DNA of 64,000 bases, taken from Pseudomonadota bacterium (lineage in GTDB: Bacteria > Pseudomonadota > Alphaproteobacteria > Sphingomonadales > Sphingomonadaceae). A program made the translations under genes and the position numbers. The notes beneath the pieces were generated by a model. The model had not been told where the DNA came from, searched no databases, and saw only the letters and a list, made by a program, of their open reading frames with translations. The first letter of the stretch is position 1; the number at the start of each line of letters is the position of its first letter. The DNA is taken from NCBI GenBank assembly GCA_040388155.1, contig JAZKCJ010000009.1:202028-266027 (forward strand). The letters are read 5' to 3'. Positions 59,730 to 64,000 of this stretch are shown here, piece by piece.

Positions 59730-61475
59730 TCAGACCAGCGCCTTCGCCTCGTCGTCCATCTCGCCCGAGACTTCGGCCGCCTGGAGGATCATGTCGGTAT
59801 GGGCGGCGCCCGAGGGGATCATCGGGAAGCAGTTGGCGAGCTTCGCCACCATGCAGTCGACGATCACCGGCCCGTCATGGGCGAGCATCTCGGCGATGCC
59901 GGCATCGAGCTGGTCGGGGTGCTCGATACGGATCCCCTTCCAGCCATAGGCTTCGGCCAGCTTCACGAAATCGGGCAGGGAGTCGCTGTAGCTCTCCGCG
60001 TACCGCGACGAATAGGTCAGTTCCTGCCACTGGCGGACCATGCCCATATACTGGTTGTTGAGGATGAAGACCTTGACCGGCAGCCGGTATTGCGTGGCCG
60101 TGCCCAGTTCCTGGATGTTCATCTGGATCGAGGCTTCGCCGGCGATGTCGATGACCAGCGAATTGGGATTGCCGAGCTGAGCGCCGATCGCGGCGGGCAG
60201 GCCATAGCCCATGGTGCCGAGCCCGCCCGAGGTGAGCCATTTGTTGGGCGCCTCGAAATCGAAATGCTGCGCGGCCCACATCTGGTGCTGGCCGACCTCG
60301 GTGGTGATGATCGGCGATTTCCTGTGAGTCGCCTCCCACAGCGCCCTGATCGCGCGTTGCGGCATGATCTCGGTCGGGCTCTCCACAAAGTCGAGGCTCT
60401 TGACCGCGCGCCAGCCGGCGATCCGGCGCCACCAGTCGGACAGATCCGGCTTCGGGTGGCGCCGCGCCTTGTAGACGCGGACCATGTCCTCGAGCGCGTG
60501 GCCGACATCGGCGATGATCGGCAGGTCGACGCGGACATTCTTGTTCACCGACGACCGGTCGATGTCGATGTGCACCTTGCGGCTGTTCGGGCTGAACGCG
60601 TCCAGGCGGCCCGTGACGCGATCGTCGAAGCGCGCGCCAAGGCAGAGGATCAGGTCGGCCTGGTTCATCGCCCAATTGGCTTCATAGGTGCCGTGCATGC
60701 CGAGCATGCCGAGCCACTGGTCGGACGTGGCGGGGAAGGCGCCAAGGCCCATCAGGGTCGAGGTGACCGGCGCACCGGTGATCCGCGCCAGCTCGCGCAG
60801 CAACTGGCTTGCGGCGGGACCGGCATTGATGATGCCGCCGCCGGTATAGAGGATCGGACGCTCCGCCGCAGCGAGCATGTCGACCGCCTGCTCGATCAGC
60901 GACTGGTCGGCCTTGACCTGCGGGCGATAGGTCTTGTGCTTGATCGGGCCCGGCTTGACGTAGCGGGCGCTGGCGACCTGGACGTCCTTGGGGATGTCGA
61001 CCACGACCGGGCCCGGACGGCCCGAGGTGGCGATGTGGAACGCCTCATGGATGATGTCGCCGAGCCGCGCCGGGTCCTTCACCAGATAATTGTGCTTCGA
61101 GCAGTGGCGCGTGATGCCGACCGTGTCGGCCTCCTGGAACGCGTCGGTGCCGATCAGCGCGGTCGGGACCTGGCCGGTGATGACGATCATCGGGATCGAA
61201 TCCATCAGCGCATCGGTGATGCCAGTGACGGCATTGGTCGCGCCAGGGCCCGACGTGACGAGCACGACACCCGGCTTGCCGGTCGAGCGGGCATAACCCT
61301 CCGCCGCATGAGTCGCTGCCTGTTCGTGGCGAACCAGGATGTGCTTGATCCGCTTGCTGCGGAACAGCGCGTCATAGATCGGCAGGACGGCACCGCCCGG
61401 GTAGCCGAACACGACTTCCACGCCGAGATCGCACAGCGCCTCGACCAGGATATCGGCTCCGCTTTTCTCGGTCAT
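59730..61475 (-). CDS. ilvI: acetolactate synthase large (catalytic) subunit
   Basis: 581-aa ThDP enzyme with typical AHAS sequence (GYPGGAVLPIYDAL, GLGTMGYGLPAAIGA). Confidence 0.95.
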   Translation of the reverse strand: MTEKSGADILVEALCDLGVEVVFGYPGGAVLPIYDALFRSKRIKHILVRHEQAATHAAEGYARSTGKPGVVLVTSGPGATNAVTGITDALMDSIPMIVITGQVPTALIGTDAFQEADTVGITRHCSKHNYLVKDPARLGDIIHEAFHIATSGRPGPVVVDIPKDVQVASARYVKPGPIKHKTYRPQVKADQSLIEQAVDMLAAAERPILYTGGGIINAGPAASQLLRELARITGAPVTSTLMGLGAFPATSDQWLGMLGMHGTYEANWAMNQADLILCLGARFDDRVTGRLDAFSPNSRKVHIDIDRSSVNKNVRVDLPIIADVGHALEDMVRVYKARRHPKPDLSDWWRRIAGWRAVKSLDFVESPTEIMPQRAIRALWEATHRKSPIITTEVGQHQMWAAQHFDFEAPNKWLTSGGLGTMGYGLPAAIGAQLGNPNSLVIDIAGEASIQMNIQELGTATQYRLPVKVFILNNQYMGMVRQWQELTYSSRYAESYSDSLPDFVKLAEAYGWKGIRIEHPDQLDAGIAEMLAHDGPVIVDCMVAKLANCFPMIPSGAAHTDMILQAAEVSGEMDDEAKALV

Positions 61476-61557
61476 CGCTTCTTTCCTACCTTTGCGACCT
61501 TGATGCGACGCAATATTGCTTCGCGAAGGGCGTCGTTAGTGATCGATAATTTGTTCG

Positions 61558-62502
61558 TCAAGCGCATTGAAAGAATCTAGTTTCAAAATTGACCAGCAGT
61601 GCGCATGTTTCTGTCGCCATGTCGCGGTGCCACATAGCGGGAGGCTGGTTCCGAAACCACGTAAATTGTCGTTTGGCATATTGGCGGGTCGCCAGTTGCG
61701 CCGCAGCCAGCGCTTCAGGCAGCGTCCTGGTGCCGGCAAGCATCGCGCCGATCTCCGGCACGCCGATGGCGAGACGGACGGGCGCGGTGGGGAGGATGTC
61801 GCTTCGCGCGAGCACCGCGCGCGCTTCCTCGATCCCGCCGCCGGCGAACATCGCCTCAAGCCGCGCATCGCACCGCGCGAGCAGCCAGTCGCGATCGGGA
61901 ATCAGCACCATCGCCATCAGATCGATCGCATGGCCGATCCCGCCGGTCTTTGCCTGCTGCCATGTCGCGAGCGGCCTGCCTGTCGAGCGAACGACCTCAA
62001 GCGCGCGGGCGACGCGGGTGGTGTCGGCGGGGGCGAGGCGGGCGGCGGCCGGAGGATCGAGCGCGCCGAGCATCGCATAGGCGGCGGCGACGGGGAGGGC
62101 GCGCACTTCCTCACGGATCGCCGGATCGATCGGCGGCACGGGTGCGATGCCGTCGAGCAGGGTGCGCATGTACAGCCCCGTGCCGCCGGCCAGTATCGGG
62201 AGCAGGCCCGCCTCGTGCGCCCGCTCTATCTCCACCTTCGCCTCGGCCGCCCAGCGTGCGGCGGAATAGATGTCGGCGCCGTCGACATGGCCGAACAGGC
62301 GGTGCGGCACGCGGGCTTCGTCCTCGGGGCTCGGCCGCGCGGACAGCACGCGCAGATCGGCATAGACCTGCGCTGAATCGGCATTGATCACGACCCCGCG
62401 GTGCTTTTGTGCGATCGCCATGGCGAGCGCGGACTTGCCGCTGGCGGTCGGCCCTGCAATGAGCGCCACGCGCGGCACCTTATGCGGCGGGGGAGACGTC
62501 AT
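61558..62502 (-). CDS. miaA: tRNA dimethylallyltransferase
   Basis: GPTASGKS P-loop. Start at ATG 62502 (or 62508) within the longer ORF 61558..62781. Confidence 0.9.
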   Translation of the reverse strand: MTSPPPHKVPRVALIAGPTASGKSALAMAIAQKHRGVVINADSAQVYADLRVLSARPSPEDEARVPHRLFGHVDGADIYSAARWAAEAKVEIERAHEAGLLPILAGGTGLYMRTLLDGIAPVPPIDPAIREEVRALPVAAAYAMLGALDPPAAARLAPADTTRVARALEVVRSTGRPLATWQQAKTGGIGHAIDLMAMVLIPDRDWLLARCDARLEAMFAGGGIEEARAVLARSDILPTAPVRLAIGVPEIGAMLAGTRTLPEALAAAQLATRQYAKRQFTWFRNQPPAMWHRDMATETCALLVNFETRFFQCA

Positions 62503-63379
62503 GTTCATCGCAACGCTGATAGCAGCGGGAAAGCTCAGCGGGGGCGATATTTCGGCCGCCCGGGACCGGCTCGACGAAGCGGGATGCCTGCCGGCTGCGC
62601 ATGCGTGGCTTGACGAGGGATATGCCGCCGACATCATGTTCGGCCTTGAGCCAGAGGCGGCGCGGACGGCACTCGAAGGCGTGTTTCCGGGCACCGACGT
62701 GGTGGTGCAGCGCGCGGACGGCCGCGTGAAGCGGCTGCTGGTTGCCGACATGGATTCGACCATGATCACCGTCGAATGCATCGACGAACTGGCCGACTAT
62801 GCCGGGATCAAGCCGCAGATCGCCGCCGTCACCGAGGCGGCGATGCGCGGCGAGCTCGATTTCGAATCAGCGCTCGATGCGCGCGTGGCGCTGCTCAAGG
62901 GGCTGGACGAAGGCGTTATCGCCCAATGCCTCGCCGAGCGGGTGACGATCATGCCCGGCGCGGTGGCACTGATCCGCACGATGAAGGCGCGGGGCGCGAC
63001 GACCATCCTCGTGTCGGGCGGTTTCACCCGCTTCGCCGAGCCGGTCGCCGAGACGATCGGGTTCGATCGCGCGATCGCCAATCGGCTCGAGATCGCGGAC
63101 GGGGCCCTGTCCGGGCTGGTCGCCAAGCCGATCGTGGGATCCGATACCAAGGAACGCACCCTGCTCGAAGCAGCCGCCGACCTCGGCTTGCCGCCCGAGG
63201 CGACGCTCGCGGTGGGCGACGGCGCGAACGATCTCGCCATGATCAGGCGGGCAGGGCTGGGCGTCGCCTATCACGCCAAGCCGATCGTCGCCGCCGCTGC
63301 GGCTGCCCGGATCGATCACAACGACCTGACCGCGCTCCTCTACGCGCAGGGAATCAGCCGGAAGGACTGGGTTTCCTAA
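62501..63379 (+). CDS. serB: phosphoserine phosphatase
   Basis: HAD motifs DMDSTMI, SGGF and [10 protein letters not shown] 62501 follows GGGAGA. Confidence 0.9.
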   Translation: MFIATLIAAGKLSGGDISAARDRLDEAGCLPAAHAWLDEGYAADIMFGLEPEAARTALEGVFPGTDVVVQRADGRVKRLLVADMDSTMITVECIDELADYAGIKPQIAAVTEAAMRGELDFESALDARVALLKGLDEGVIAQCLAERVTIMPGAVALIRTMKARGATTILVSGGFTRFAEPVAETIGFDRAIANRLEIADGALSGLVAKPIVGSDTKERTLLEAAADLGLPPEATLAVGDGANDLAMIRRAGLGVAYHAKPIVAAAAAARIDHNDLTALLYAQGISRKDWVS

Positions 63380-64000
63380 GCCGTGGTCGGACGCGGCTGC
63401 TGGCCGGGGGACCTGGTGACGATGGTGAATTCGTTGCCGCGTCCCTCGTTCACGGGGATCGACTGCGACAGATAGCCGTTCGCTGGATCGCGGACATATT
63501 GGAGATACCCGTCGGCTTCCTCGAAGGCGTTCTCGGCGACGATGAGCGTGCCTGCCCTGAAGCGGGGTTCAAGCACTTTGAGCACGTCGAGATACAGGCT
63601 GAACGCGCCATCGAGCAGCACCAGGTCGATATCGCCATCGATCTCCCGGAGCGTTTCCCGGGCATCGCCCAGGCGGATGTCGACAAACCCGGCAAGGCCG
63701 GCTTCTTCGAGATGCGCCCGCGCCCGGATCGCCTTGCCGGGTTCGAGCTCGGTTCCAATGAGCTTTCCGCGGCCCATGTCGTGCAGTGCCGCGGCCAGAT
63801 GGATGGCTGAAACGCCCATCGAGGTGCCGAATTCGACGATCAGCGCCGCATTGCACGCCCGGGCGCACATATAGAGAAACCGGCCGAATTCGGGGGATAT
63901 GTTGAGGAAATTGTCGGCCTGCTCGCGATAGAGTTCGCGAAGATCCCATTTCTCCGCCGCGATGACATCCGCGATCATCTGATCGGGCGGCGTATCGCCG
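63376..64000 (-). CDS. class I SAM-dependent O-methyltransferase (family 3 like), probably continuing past the window end
   Basis: VEFGTSMGVS SAM motif. The ORF has an ATG at 63978, but the frame stays open to 64000. The N-terminal region also looks about 20 aa short for the family. Confidence 0.7.
   Translation of the reverse strand, partial: GDTPPDQMIADVIAAEKWDLRELYREQADNFLNISPEFGRFLYMCARACNAALIVEFGTSMGVSAIHLAAALHDMGRGKLIGTELEPGKAIRARAHLEEAGLAGFVDIRLGDARETLREIDGDIDLVLLDGAFSLYLDVLKVLEPRFRAGTLIVAENAFEEADGYLQYVRDPANGYLSQSIPVNEGRGNEFTIVTRSPGQQPRPTTA

Overview
High-GC (roughly 65%) alphaproteobacterial chromosome segment. The protein families and dispersed palindromic repeats look Sphingomonadaceae-like; this is inference, since no search was run. 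I can support about 62 protein genes and one tRNA-Arg(CCU). I see no rRNA, no CRISPR array and no intact mobile element. Most of the window is core housekeeping: argD-argF, hslO, queC-queE, lipB, hemF, trmL, petABC, apt, ychF, pth-rplY, glyQS, ppdK, comF-grxC-nitrilase-DUF1178, folE-SDR-folB, leuA, ilvIHC, miaA and serB. I did not find a multi-gene cassette that looks like a defence or other novel protein system. The unusual content is mostly non-coding: (1) a phage-derived islet at 18.0-19.2 kb, where a small-terminase-like remnant and a DUF5681 gene diverge from a 185-bp region carrying seven copies of GGAACAGGGAA. (2) An accessory-looking stretch at 48.3-50.3 kb. A lone alpha/beta hydrolase gene there has five tandem 19-20-bp hairpin units upstream (CACCU/AGGUG stems, GAAGGAAA loops). 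A related hairpin on the opposite strand lies just past the gene's 3' end. About 1.2 kb of this stretch has no convincing gene. (3) A 0.7-kb lower-GC non-coding region full of short palindromes, upstream of an EAL / TPR hybrid kinase / receiver module. (4) Two families of REP-like composite palindromes, one of them inserted at the ilvI-ilvH and ilvH-ilvC junctions. (5) A +1 frameshift in a PaoC-like molybdoenzyme subunit. (6) A Leu-rich leader ORF upstream of leuA. (7) A candidate structured 5' UTR on folE. All functional readings of the non-coding elements are hypotheses.
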